DNA of 24,815 bases from positions 1 to 24,815 of IMG/VR virus record IMGVR_UViG_3300020594_000017. One strand, 5' to 3'. Positions 8,787 through 16,348 of the stretch are shown piece by piece. The translations under genes were made by a program, and so were the position numbers. The DNA comes from a virus. Lineage: Duplodnaviria; Caudoviricetes. Below the pieces are notes generated by a model. It worked only from the letters and a program-made list of their open reading frames with translations. It searched no databases and was not told the DNA's origin. Numbering within the stretch: position 1 is the stretch's first letter; each line of letters opens with the position of its first letter.

Positions 8787-11641
8787 CAGCTATACCTCCC
8801 GGCCGCATCGACTGCACGAGCGATCTGGCGCGCTGCCTTGGCAGTGCTGGCCTGCTGTTCGCGCGAGCTTCCACCACCTCGCTGGTAGAAGTTGATGACG
8901 GTGCTGCGGCTGTTGTCGGTCTGATTGTTCTGGATGTCACTCAGGGTTTTATCGAGCTTCGCGCTAGTAGATGCGGTGGTTACTCGCTCGCCCTTCTGTA
9001 GGAGCCAGGTTCCTGTTTCCGGAATAGCATCGATGCCGTCGTGTGCCATGCCCAGCAGTGCATAAGACTGCGCGGCGATGTTGGTAGCACTGATGCCGGC
9101 GATAGCGGCTGGAGCATTGGCGCCAAACGAGGCAAGAGAAGCCATCGCTGCCGCGGGCGCATAGGCCGAGGCAATTGCAGGGCCGGCAATCGCAGCCTCC
9201 GCAATCGCGGATGCCGTCCCTGTCTGTCCAACCGCAAGCTGGACGGCCTGCAGCACCAGCCATTGAGCAGCCATCTGAGCGAGGGCCTGGATGATCGACT
9301 GGCCAATGGTCGCTGCAATGTTACCCAGCGCATCGTTTAGGCTTTCGGCGCCAGTCAATACATCGTAGATGCCATCACTGATTCCCTTTACCGAACCATT
9401 GAGAATGGTGTTGGCCGCATCCGCTGCCTGCTGGTAGTAATTGCTGGCGTTGTCGACATAGTTCTGCAGGGATGATTCAACGCCCTTCCCCCAATCCTGC
9501 TGTGCCGCATCGACCTGTGAGTAGTAGTCCTGCTGCAGCTTAAGCCGCTCATCTAGAGCTGACTTAAGCGCATCAGTCTCCTGAGAATACAAATCTCCAC
9601 TGATCTGCCCTGCGTTGAATTGTTTCGTGAGTTGGCTCTGCTGCCGAAGGTAGCTTTCCTGAATCGACTGAACCTCTTGAAGGCGTCTGGCCTCCTTATC
9701 TCCCAAGCCAAAGCTGGATAGATTCTGCTGCTGCGATCTCCTTGCTTGGTCGAGCTGGTCGTTCAGCGTGGACTGGAAAGCAGAAAGCTTCTGGGCGTCC
9801 TCCAGGGTCTGCTTACGGAGCGCCACCTCTTTCTCTAGAGCGGCATTTCGCTTCAACTGGGCCGTAATGAGGTCGGAACTAGCTACCAGCGCCTGCTGAT
9901 CGGCAGTGAGCGTCTTCTTGGATTTTAGATCGGCAAGTTCTTGCTCCCACTTTGCCAGCGCCTGGGCTTGAGCACCGATCTTCTGGCCTACCCGATCCTG
10001 ATCATCTAGCGCGACGTTCTGCGCCTGAATGGCGGCATACTGCTGGCGGAGGTTGTCCAGCATCTGCGTGCCGGAATCCTCTCGATAGGTGCTCGTTCTT
10101 CCTTTCGGAGTCTTCTTGGTGAACTGGTCGTTGACCTGCTTCAGAAGCTTGTCATAGGCACCGCCAGAGAAGTTCTGGCCGTCGTATTCCACGCCGGAAA
10201 GCAAAGGGCTGCTCTGATTTGTCGTTGCGGCCGTCTGCATGAGCTTGCGAAAGCGCTCGTTCAGCAGTTCGATAGCCTTGGCCTTCTTGGTCTCTGGCGA
10301 CACATCAGAAAGCTGCTGATCCAATTGATTGGATACAGCTATGTAGTCTTGGTTTGCCCTAGTCAGTTCAGCCTGAGATTGGGCGTTCAGTTCAGTCTGC
10401 TCTCCTGCATCCTGTAGCGCCTTCTTTTCCGACTCAAGCTTGGCCAAAACCTCATCACGCGATCCGCCGCCAGCATAGGTGAAAGCTGATAGAACTGGAT
10501 GCGCATTGATATAGTCAATCTGCCGCTGGATGATCTCAATCTGTTTGGCGTTATCGGGGAACAGTTCCGATTTTACTGCCGAATAGGCCCGTCCGATTGC
10601 ATCTTTAACATTATCCCAGTCGCGTTCAAGATCGGAAAGAGAACCCCTGTAAGTTTTAAGGCGCTCAAGCGCATTTTTGTTTAGATCTTCGCTGAGTTGA
10701 TCCAGGGCGCGCTGATGATCTCCTTGCTCGTCGATCGCCTTGATAACTTCATACTGCTCGGCAGTAATCAGGCCATATTGCTGGCTGACCTTTTGCGCGG
10801 CCTGGGTTGCGTTCTCTCCCATGGCTGCGAAGGATTTGGCAATATCATCAGCACCTTTCCCGGTGTACTCCGAGACGGCAGCCGCTGCCTCGCCAAGGTT
10901 CTGCAGTTGGGTGTTGCTGAGATTCCCGGCAGCAGCTAGCGCCTTGAATGCATCCTCAGCGCCAGAAAGATTCCCGGTGGCCAAGCCAGCCTGCTTAGCA
11001 AGATTCTGCAGTTGCTCGGCAGAGACGCCTATCGTGCCGTTCCCCTGGTAAAGGGCTTGGTTGAATTCCTGCTGGGTCTTGTAGGCATCGTAATAGGCCA
11101 CGCCCAATGCGGCTATTGCAGCGCCAGCAATCGTAGCCGGCGTAATTAGACTGCTAAGGTATGACGCAGTCCCCTTCAGAGCAGCTCCGGCTCCACCAAA
11201 CTGATCTTTGATCTGGCCGCCTTGCTGAAGGAATACCGTTAGCGGATTTTGTCCGGCCTGCAAAGACGTGGCGATATCAGTGAACTGCGCCGGAAGTCCA
11301 CGCATCGCCGCCTTAGCTTGCTTGGCAGTAACTCCGTATTTGCCTAGCGATGAGCTGCCATCATCCAAAGCTAGGCGAGCATCGTTGATGGCCTTGCTGA
11401 GGTTGTCGTACTCATCCTTATCAATGACACCTGACCCACTTTTGAAGAGCCTATTCAGTTGTTCCTGTTTTTTCTCCAGGCGATCATATGCGGCGAGAGT
11501 CGGGTCAAACTCCTTGCGCAACCCCTCAAGAGCTTTCTGCTGACCCTTAATGGTCCGTTCGGCACGATCCATGCCACGCTCAAACCCACCAGTGTTGGCA
11601 ATGAGATCGACAGTCAGCGTCCCGAGTGAATCCGTGGCCAT
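8786..11641 (-). CDS. Tail tape measure protein (lambda-like)
   Basis: 951 aa, Ala/Gln-rich and helical; SLGTLTVDLIANTGGF N-terminus; motif LPAQFTDIATSLQAGQNPLTVFLQQGGQIKD; follows the chaperone genes. Confidence 0.95.
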   Translation of the reverse strand: MATDSLGTLTVDLIANTGGFERGMDRAERTIKGQQKALEGLRKEFDPTLAAYDRLEKKQEQLNRLFKSGSGVIDKDEYDNLSKAINDARLALDDGSSSLGKYGVTAKQAKAAMRGLPAQFTDIATSLQAGQNPLTVFLQQGGQIKDQFGGAGAALKGTASYLSSLITPATIAGAAIAALGVAYYDAYKTQQEFNQALYQGNGTIGVSAEQLQNLAKQAGLATGNLSGAEDAFKALAAAGNLSNTQLQNLGEAAAAVSEYTGKGADDIAKSFAAMGENATQAAQKVSQQYGLITAEQYEVIKAIDEQGDHQRALDQLSEDLNKNALERLKTYRGSLSDLERDWDNVKDAIGRAYSAVKSELFPDNAKQIEIIQRQIDYINAHPVLSAFTYAGGGSRDEVLAKLESEKKALQDAGEQTELNAQSQAELTRANQDYIAVSNQLDQQLSDVSPETKKAKAIELLNERFRKLMQTAATTNQSSPLLSGVEYDGQNFSGGAYDKLLKQVNDQFTKKTPKGRTSTYREDSGTQMLDNLRQQYAAIQAQNVALDDQDRVGQKIGAQAQALAKWEQELADLKSKKTLTADQQALVASSDLITAQLKRNAALEKEVALRKQTLEDAQKLSAFQSTLNDQLDQARRSQQQNLSSFGLGDKEARRLQEVQSIQESYLRQQSQLTKQFNAGQISGDLYSQETDALKSALDERLKLQQDYYSQVDAAQQDWGKGVESSLQNYVDNASNYYQQAADAANTILNGSVKGISDGIYDVLTGAESLNDALGNIAATIGQSIIQALAQMAAQWLVLQAVQLAVGQTGTASAIAEAAIAGPAIASAYAPAAAMASLASFGANAPAAIAGISATNIAAQSYALLGMAHDGIDAIPETGTWLLQKGERVTTASTSAKLDKTLSDIQNNQTDNSRSTVINFYQRGGGSSREQQASTAKAARQIARAVDAAGRYS

Positions 11642-11652
11642 ATGATCTCCGC

Positions 11653-11970
11653 TTATTTAACGCGAGCCATCGAGAGGATGGCGGCGAATTGTTCGATGGA
11701 AGCCTCTTGCGGCTCCTGCTCGGTGTAATCAGGCATGAAATCATCGGCCTCCATCTTTCCTCCCTGTACCCGCTGGACCACCCAACAAATCTTGGCGAGC
11801 ATCGCCTCGATGCGGCGAGTTGAGTTGATGGGGCCGTTCTGCTTGATGAAGGAGGCCCATTGCTGGGCCTCTCGGTAACTCATTCGGGACTTAGCCTCGG
11901 CAACCGTCATCCCTCCGACGCCGGCCAGCACGAGCTCATGCCAGAAGACGTCGGAGGGATCTAGTTTTTT
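11653..11970 (-). CDS. Tail assembly chaperone, gpT-like portion, reached by -1 frameshift
   Basis: The -1 frame from the slippery site reads KKLDPSDVFWHELVLAGVGGMTVAEAK..., continuous with ORF 11653..11931. Confidence 0.8.
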   Translation of the reverse strand, partial: KKLDPSDVFWHELVLAGVGGMTVAEAKSRMSYREAQQWASFIKQNGPINSTRRIEAMLAKICWVVQRVQGGKMEADDFMPDYTEQEPQEASIEQFAAILSMARVK

Positions 11971-12323
11971 GCCGGTTCAGCCTGGTAACCGTTGGCCGAG
12001 TTGATCGCGCCCAGCAGTGCGAAGAACAGGGTGTCGATCATCTTCCCCTCGCCGGTCTCAGGATCGCCCGTGATCTGCTCCTGCGAAGTGAATACCGGCT
12101 TCCCGGAGCGGTCGACGATGGACGATACGATGCGCGCAACCAGGACGTCGTTGCTCTCCTTCTGGAGTTCGAACTCGCGCATGGCACGGTCATAGGAGGA
12201 CAGGCGCACCAAGACGGTAGCCTTGTGCTCCTTTCCGCCCACTACCCAGGTGATTTCCTTCTCCACGGGAGCGCCGATGGCGGCGCCGGTCGATTGGATC
12301 AGGTCGAGGCTGAAATCGGTCAT
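11961..12323 (-). CDS. Tail assembly chaperone (gpG-like)
   Basis: 120 aa between major tail and tape measure genes; ends GCA AAA AAC TAG. Confidence 0.85.
   Translation of the reverse strand: MTDFSLDLIQSTGAAIGAPVEKEITWVVGGKEHKATVLVRLSSYDRAMREFELQKESNDVLVARIVSSIVDRSGKPVFTSQEQITGDPETGEGKMIDTLFFALLGAINSANGYQAEPAKN
11964..11970 (-). other. Programmed -1 ribosomal frameshift heptamer A AAA AAC
   Basis: X XXY YYZ heptamer immediately before the gpG stop; the -1 frame is open to 11653. Confidence 0.85.
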
Positions 12324-12332
12324 GAGGTTTCC

Positions 12333-12827
12333 TTAGCTGCTGGATTTCGGGATCAGCACAGGCTCGCCCGAGACCTGGATGCCGATGCTCGACGTCACGA
12401 CAGCGTTCTGCGCGAAGTCGAAGCTGAAGCTGTTCATGTAGCCCTCGAAAAGCAGCCAGGAACGGTCTTCCGGCAGGTCGAACTCGTAGTCGCCATCGCT
12501 GTTCACAACGGCAGTCGGGGTGCTGGTGCCATCTGACCAACCCACGGCCCAGTCCAGGCTCACGCCGGCGTTCTTCAGCTCAAGCAGGCGAATGTGGACC
12601 GCATCCTGCGGATTGGTGTTGATGCTGAACGTGGCGGTGCCCGGGGTGGCCAGGCCGGCGACGTAGCTGCGAGCGGTCTCGTTCAGGCAGGTGGTCTCGA
12701 TCTGATCGATCGATGTATCGATGCCGGAGAGCGACGTGATGCAGCCAGCGTTCAGAACCTGATGGGAATCAGGATCGATGAAGAACAGGTCAGTGCCCTG
12801 AGCCTTGACCACGTTGTTTTTTGCCAT
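12333..12827 (-). CDS. Major tail (tube) protein
   Basis: Likely start ATG 12827 (MAKNNVVKAQGTDLFF), SD GGAG upstream; motifs IETTCL...SYVAGLATPG and FEGYMNSFSFDF. 164 aa. Confidence 0.9.
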   Translation of the reverse strand: MAKNNVVKAQGTDLFFIDPDSHQVLNAGCITSLSGIDTSIDQIETTCLNETARSYVAGLATPGTATFSINTNPQDAVHIRLLELKNAGVSLDWAVGWSDGTSTPTAVVNSDGDYEFDLPEDRSWLLFEGYMNSFSFDFAQNAVVTSSIGIQVSGEPVLIPKSSS

Positions 12828-12914
12828 GGGTGAATCTCCAGTACTGGACTTGGCCGCTTCACAGCGGTCGATTGGCTGCCTCCCGGCAGTCGTTTTCCTT
12901 GCGCAGGAAAAGAA

Positions 12915-12938
12915 AAGCCCCGGCATGTGCCAGGGCTT
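12915..12938 (-). terminator. Intrinsic terminator-like hairpin upstream of the major tail gene
   Basis: On the minus strand AAGCCCTGGCA-CA-TGCCGGGGCTT followed by TTCTTTT. Confidence 0.65.
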
Positions 12939-13014
12939 GGAATTTGGTGCGCCCTGTCGCAACGTCTCCCGACGTGGCTAGGGGCGGCTTTGGAGGCGCG
13001 TCTCTCGACGAGGC

Positions 13015-13386
13015 CTAAGAACGTGGTTCGATCCAGTTCACATCGAAGCTGGACCGGTAATTCTGGGTTTCTGGATCGCGGAATTCGCCGTTGTAGCTGA
13101 CCACATGGCAATCGAGCTCGATGGCATGCTCGATGGCATCCGCCGCTGAACGAGCCGCCGATGCCGTACTCGCATAGACATCGATCTGAATGCGATACCG
13201 GGCGCCGCCAGGCCTGCAGTTGAGGTTGTTATAGGGAACCCCACCAGAGATCAACTGCCATACTGCATAGGGCTTCTGAACGCCTTGTGTCGCTTGCCCA
13301 AAAGGGAAGAACCGAACCGGCGATGATCCAAGAAGTGCAGTCACTCCAGGATCGGCGGCCACCTTGGCGAAGATTGGCGGATACAT
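13015..13386 (-). CDS. Tail terminator protein (DUF3168/HK97 gp11-like)
   Basis: KPYAVWQ.ISG, RIQIDVYA, YRSSFDV motifs; synteny. Confidence 0.85.
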   Translation of the reverse strand: MYPPIFAKVAADPGVTALLGSSPVRFFPFGQATQGVQKPYAVWQLISGGVPYNNLNCRPGGARYRIQIDVYASTASAARSAADAIEHAIELDCHVVSYNGEFRDPETQNYRSSFDVNWIEPRS

Positions 13387-13829
13387 CAGTACTCACCCAG
13401 CTTGATCAGTTGATACCGTGCGGAACTGATGAACTCGCGGAAGACCGCCTCCCTGTTTTGCTCCAGGGCCGGGCGAACGAAGGGGTGCGGAGCCGAATGC
13501 TCAGTGCCCAGCTCAACCCACCACCAGTAGAAGGTGTTCCCGCCGCCCTGCCCTTTCTTACGCTTGCGAACGCCCACCGATACGTAGGCTGCGCCCATTT
13601 CCTCGCCGAGCTTCTTGCGCTCGACCAAGGCGATGTTCTTGGAGATATCCGGCCAGGTCTTGGGATCGTCGACGCGCGATGCTCGCTCTTCCGCATCGGC
13701 GCGAACGATCTCCATCGCGTCCTTCGCCGCAGGAACCACTACCTTGCGCCTGACGTTCTCGGACAGGTTGCGGAACTTCGCCACGATATCGTCGGCGCCG
13801 CGCAGCTTGAACTCGATGAAGTCAGCCAT
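13386..13829 (-). CDS. HK97 gp10-like tail completion/neck protein
   Basis: Likely start ATG 13829 (MADFIEFKLRG); hallmark FYWWWVELGT....PHPFVRPA. Confidence 0.88.
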   Translation of the reverse strand: MADFIEFKLRGADDIVAKFRNLSENVRRKVVVPAAKDAMEIVRADAEERASRVDDPKTWPDISKNIALVERKKLGEEMGAAYVSVGVRKRKKGQGGGNTFYWWWVELGTEHSAPHPFVRPALEQNREAVFREFISSARYQLIKLGEY

Positions 13830-14433
13830 GACGGCGGAACGCAAAGGAGGTGATGCCTTCCCGGCCAAGCTCGGACTCGGCGTGGTTGATCTCCATGACC
13901 TCGAAGCCTTGGCGGTCCATCCAGGCGATGAAGCCCTCCAGGGACCAGTACCATAGGTGTTCTGCCGGCTTGTAGTGCTTGCTCGCCAAGCAGTCCTTGG
14001 CGTCCTTGTAGATCGGCATGGAGACGAAGGCCCATTCACCGATGCCCTTCAGCACAACCTCAGGCTCGGGGATATGCTCCAGGCTGTCCCAGAAGGTCAT
14101 GGCCGGCCAGCCGAAGTTCGGGTTCTTGTAGCGGCCATTGGCATGCAGCCACGCCAGGGCTTCGGGGTTCACGTCGAAACCGAAAGCATCGGCTTCCTCG
14201 ACGAAGCGACCGCCGCCGATGCCGATATCCAACACCTGGCCATCGAAGTGGCGACGGACCAGTTCAATGCGAGCGCGAGTCAGCGCCTCACCCATCGGCG
14301 TAGCATCGAGGTTCCGGTACTTCTCGAAATACGGCCCGCTATAGTCCATCGGAGGGCGCGGGTGGAAGCCCATGCCAAGCTCTTCAGACCAGAGCAGGCA
14401 GTCGGTCAGCCCAGGCGGCAAAGCGTTGGTCAT
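13822..14433 (-). CDS. Class I SAM-dependent methyltransferase (small-molecule/sugar type)
   Basis: Motif I VLDIGIGGG, acidic FGFDVN, TFWDSLEHIPEP, EHLWYWS; no DNA-methyltransferase catalytic motif (DPPY/NPPY/PCQ). Confidence 0.85.
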   Translation of the reverse strand: MTNALPPGLTDCLLWSEELGMGFHPRPPMDYSGPYFEKYRNLDATPMGEALTRARIELVRRHFDGQVLDIGIGGGRFVEEADAFGFDVNPEALAWLHANGRYKNPNFGWPAMTFWDSLEHIPEPEVVLKGIGEWAFVSMPIYKDAKDCLASKHYKPAEHLWYWSLEGFIAWMDRQGFEVMEINHAESELGREGITSFAFRRHG

Positions 14434-15211
14434 GATCGGTGATCCTTTTGTCGCAGTTGTGCTGTTTCAGGGTGCAGCGGCAGAACCTGTCTGGAACCGC
14501 GAAGGTGACGCGGGACAGGTCCATGCATTTGTCGGTGATGTGTTCGGGCGAGTTGTATCCGCCCTGCCCGCCACAGATGATCCAGGCTGGAACCTTGGCG
14601 GCGATGCTGGCCGGGACGATCCAGCCAATGCCGCCGATCACTGCGTCAGCGTGCTGGAGCAGCGCCAGCAATTGCTCAACTGGAAGCTCGCCCTTGTGGA
14701 ACTGGATGTCAGCCGGCGGTAAGGGGTCTAGCGACCATTCCTTGCCCGGCTCCAGGTCGGCTACGGAAACCACTTTCCAGCCTCTGCGGCGCATTTCAGT
14801 GGCAGCGCTGGCGATGTACTCGGGCAGAGGGTTGCGGGTATCTGCCCGCCACTCGGCGCGAATCGTGGCCGGACGAACCAGCACATATCGGCCTTCGACC
14901 GAAGATGGCCCGAAGTCCGGCAGGTCGAACTCACCAGGCTCGCAGCGGAATGCCTTGCGCAGCCCCTGGATAATCGGATCTCGGCCGTAGGCGATGCGCA
15001 TTTGGCCGCCGCCGACAGGGCGGTGCCAGTCGTGCTCACGCTGGATGTTCTTGGCCTGGGTGCGCAACTGCGTCGTCGGGCGGACGCACTTCACGTCTAG
15101 GTCTCGGTAGAGTCCTGGCCACGGCGTTTCGAGGAATGCCCCCGGATACTTCTTCAGGAATGCCCTGGAATAGATCGAGTCGCCGAGGCCGAGCATTCCA
15201 CGGATCAGCAC
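14384..15211 (-). CDS. GT-B glycosyltransferase, GT9 (heptosyltransferase)-like
   Basis: N-terminal GLGD motif; C-terminal LLALLQHADAVIG..G.I....AAKVP; Cys-rich tail CRC...HNC. GTG start. Confidence 0.75.
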   Translation of the reverse strand: MLIRGMLGLGDSIYSRAFLKKYPGAFLETPWPGLYRDLDVKCVRPTTQLRTQAKNIQREHDWHRPVGGGQMRIAYGRDPIIQGLRKAFRCEPGEFDLPDFGPSSVEGRYVLVRPATIRAEWRADTRNPLPEYIASAATEMRRRGWKVVSVADLEPGKEWSLDPLPPADIQFHKGELPVEQLLALLQHADAVIGGIGWIVPASIAAKVPAWIICGGQGGYNSPEHITDKCMDLSRVTFAVPDRFCRCTLKQHNCDKRITDHDQRFAAWADRLPALV

Positions 15212-15214
15212 AGA

Positions 15215-15574
15215 TCAGCCGGCCAGCCTGCTACGCAATTCGTAGCCCATCAGCGGCCAGATCTTCGCAACGGCGTTCTGTCGGGCGATCTTGCGGCCGA
15301 GTTCGGCGTCGAAGTTCTCCGGGCTCGCGCAGGCCGACTCACCGGTTACGGTGAAACCGTTCTTCAGCACCAACACGCAGAAGGTCAGCAGGCCGAGCGA
15401 TTCATGCACGCCTGCAACCACGGCGTCAGGATTGCAGTCAGGCCTCTGATTCACACCATCAGCCGCAGTAAAGTAGTACTCGCCAGCGATATTCGCCTCG
15501 ATGTCTGCAGGCGTGATGCGTGGAGCAGTCAGGCCCTTGGCTTGGATTTCTTGTTCGATTGCTTGGTCGGTCAT
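15215..15574 (-). CDS. Phage N4 Gp49/Sf6 gp66 family protein
   Basis: Signature LTFCVLVLKNGFTVTGESACASPENFDAELGRKIARQNAVAKIWPLMGY; SD GGAG upstream. Confidence 0.85.
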   Translation of the reverse strand: MTDQAIEQEIQAKGLTAPRITPADIEANIAGEYYFTAADGVNQRPDCNPDAVVAGVHESLGLLTFCVLVLKNGFTVTGESACASPENFDAELGRKIARQNAVAKIWPLMGYELRSRLAG

Positions 15575-15582
15575 TTCATAAT

Positions 15583-15620
15583 CTCCAGAAACGACGAAGC
15601 CCGCACTTGGCGGGCTTTTC
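15583..15620. terminator. Terminator-like hairpin fused to RBS (repeat module copy 1)
   Basis: AAGCCCGC-acttg-GCGGGCTT; the minus strand continues TTCGTCGTTTCTGGAG to the gp49 start. Confidence 0.65.
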
Positions 15621-15658
15621 GTTGGGTGGTTCGGGTTAGGCAGCGTCGAGCCCGAGAG

Positions 15659-16231
15659 TCAGTTGCAGTTGGCCGCGCCAGTGCTCGACTTACCGAGCAT
15701 ATTTCTGACGACTTCGTTCAGCTCGCCAGGCGGCGTGGTTTCCACGACCTGGAGAAGCTCGGCAGCCCTTGCGTGCATTCCCGTTTCCTTAGCTCGGTTT
15801 ATTGCCAGATGAATCATCGCGGCGTACATCCCTGATGATCTGGCGCATGAATCAAAAAATGCATCGGTAGCCTCTGGCTTTGGCTGCTTCTCCTTGGCCA
15901 TATCAGCCGACTCGGCGAGAACCGACTTGACGAGGCCAAGGTCGAGCACAGAAAACACCTCAGGCTCATGCTGCTGGGTTAGCCCAGCGAATCGCTTGAG
16001 GGCGATCTTCTCAGCATCAGCAAGGCACGTGTTTACGGGCTGAACTACTAGATTGACAGCAACCGATCTCAGCAACCCGTGAGCTGAAAGAGCTTCCAGT
16101 CGCGACTTCATGTTCTGAGTTTTCCCCACCTTCATCAGTCCGTGGCTGAAGGTCAGGCAGTAAAGCACTGACTGGCCCGCATAACGGCCTGCAATTTCTT
16201 GCAGAAGACTCCATCTGCTTGTATCGCGCAT
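15659..16231 (-). CDS. Moron protein with N-terminal GIY-YIG/T5orf172-like domain
   Basis: Likely start ATG 16231 (SD GAGGT at 16243-16239). LYCLTF..G.MKVGKTQNMKSRLEAL...AEK...PEVF resembles the T5orf172/GIY-YIG pattern. Confidence 0.55.
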   Translation of the reverse strand: MRDTSRWSLLQEIAGRYAGQSVLYCLTFSHGLMKVGKTQNMKSRLEALSAHGLLRSVAVNLVVQPVNTCLADAEKIALKRFAGLTQQHEPEVFSVLDLGLVKSVLAESADMAKEKQPKPEATDAFFDSCARSSGMYAAMIHLAINRAKETGMHARAAELLQVVETTPPGELNEVVRNMLGKSSTGAANCN

Positions 16232-16348
16232 CTGACTTACCTCGCTCATCAGGCGAATAGAGACGCAGCGGGGCGGACGGATGAGCGACATCCGCCGTTC
16301 GGCTGTACGGGCCTAGCTGCGTGTTGGGTGCCCTCGCGGGCGAAAGGG

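Noticed and set aside
13830-14039. N-terminal extensions in the ORF track for gp10 (also 12828-12962, 1275-1433, 2518-2547, 16232-16291, 23-85)
   Set aside because: The extensions overlap other genes or structured leaders; downstream ATGs have an SD or coupling overlap and family-typical N-termini.
13822-14433. DNA methyltransferase or restriction-evasion role for the MTase
   Set aside because: No DPPY/NPPY/SPPY or PCQ motif; the SLEH motif fits small-molecule/sugar methyltransferases.
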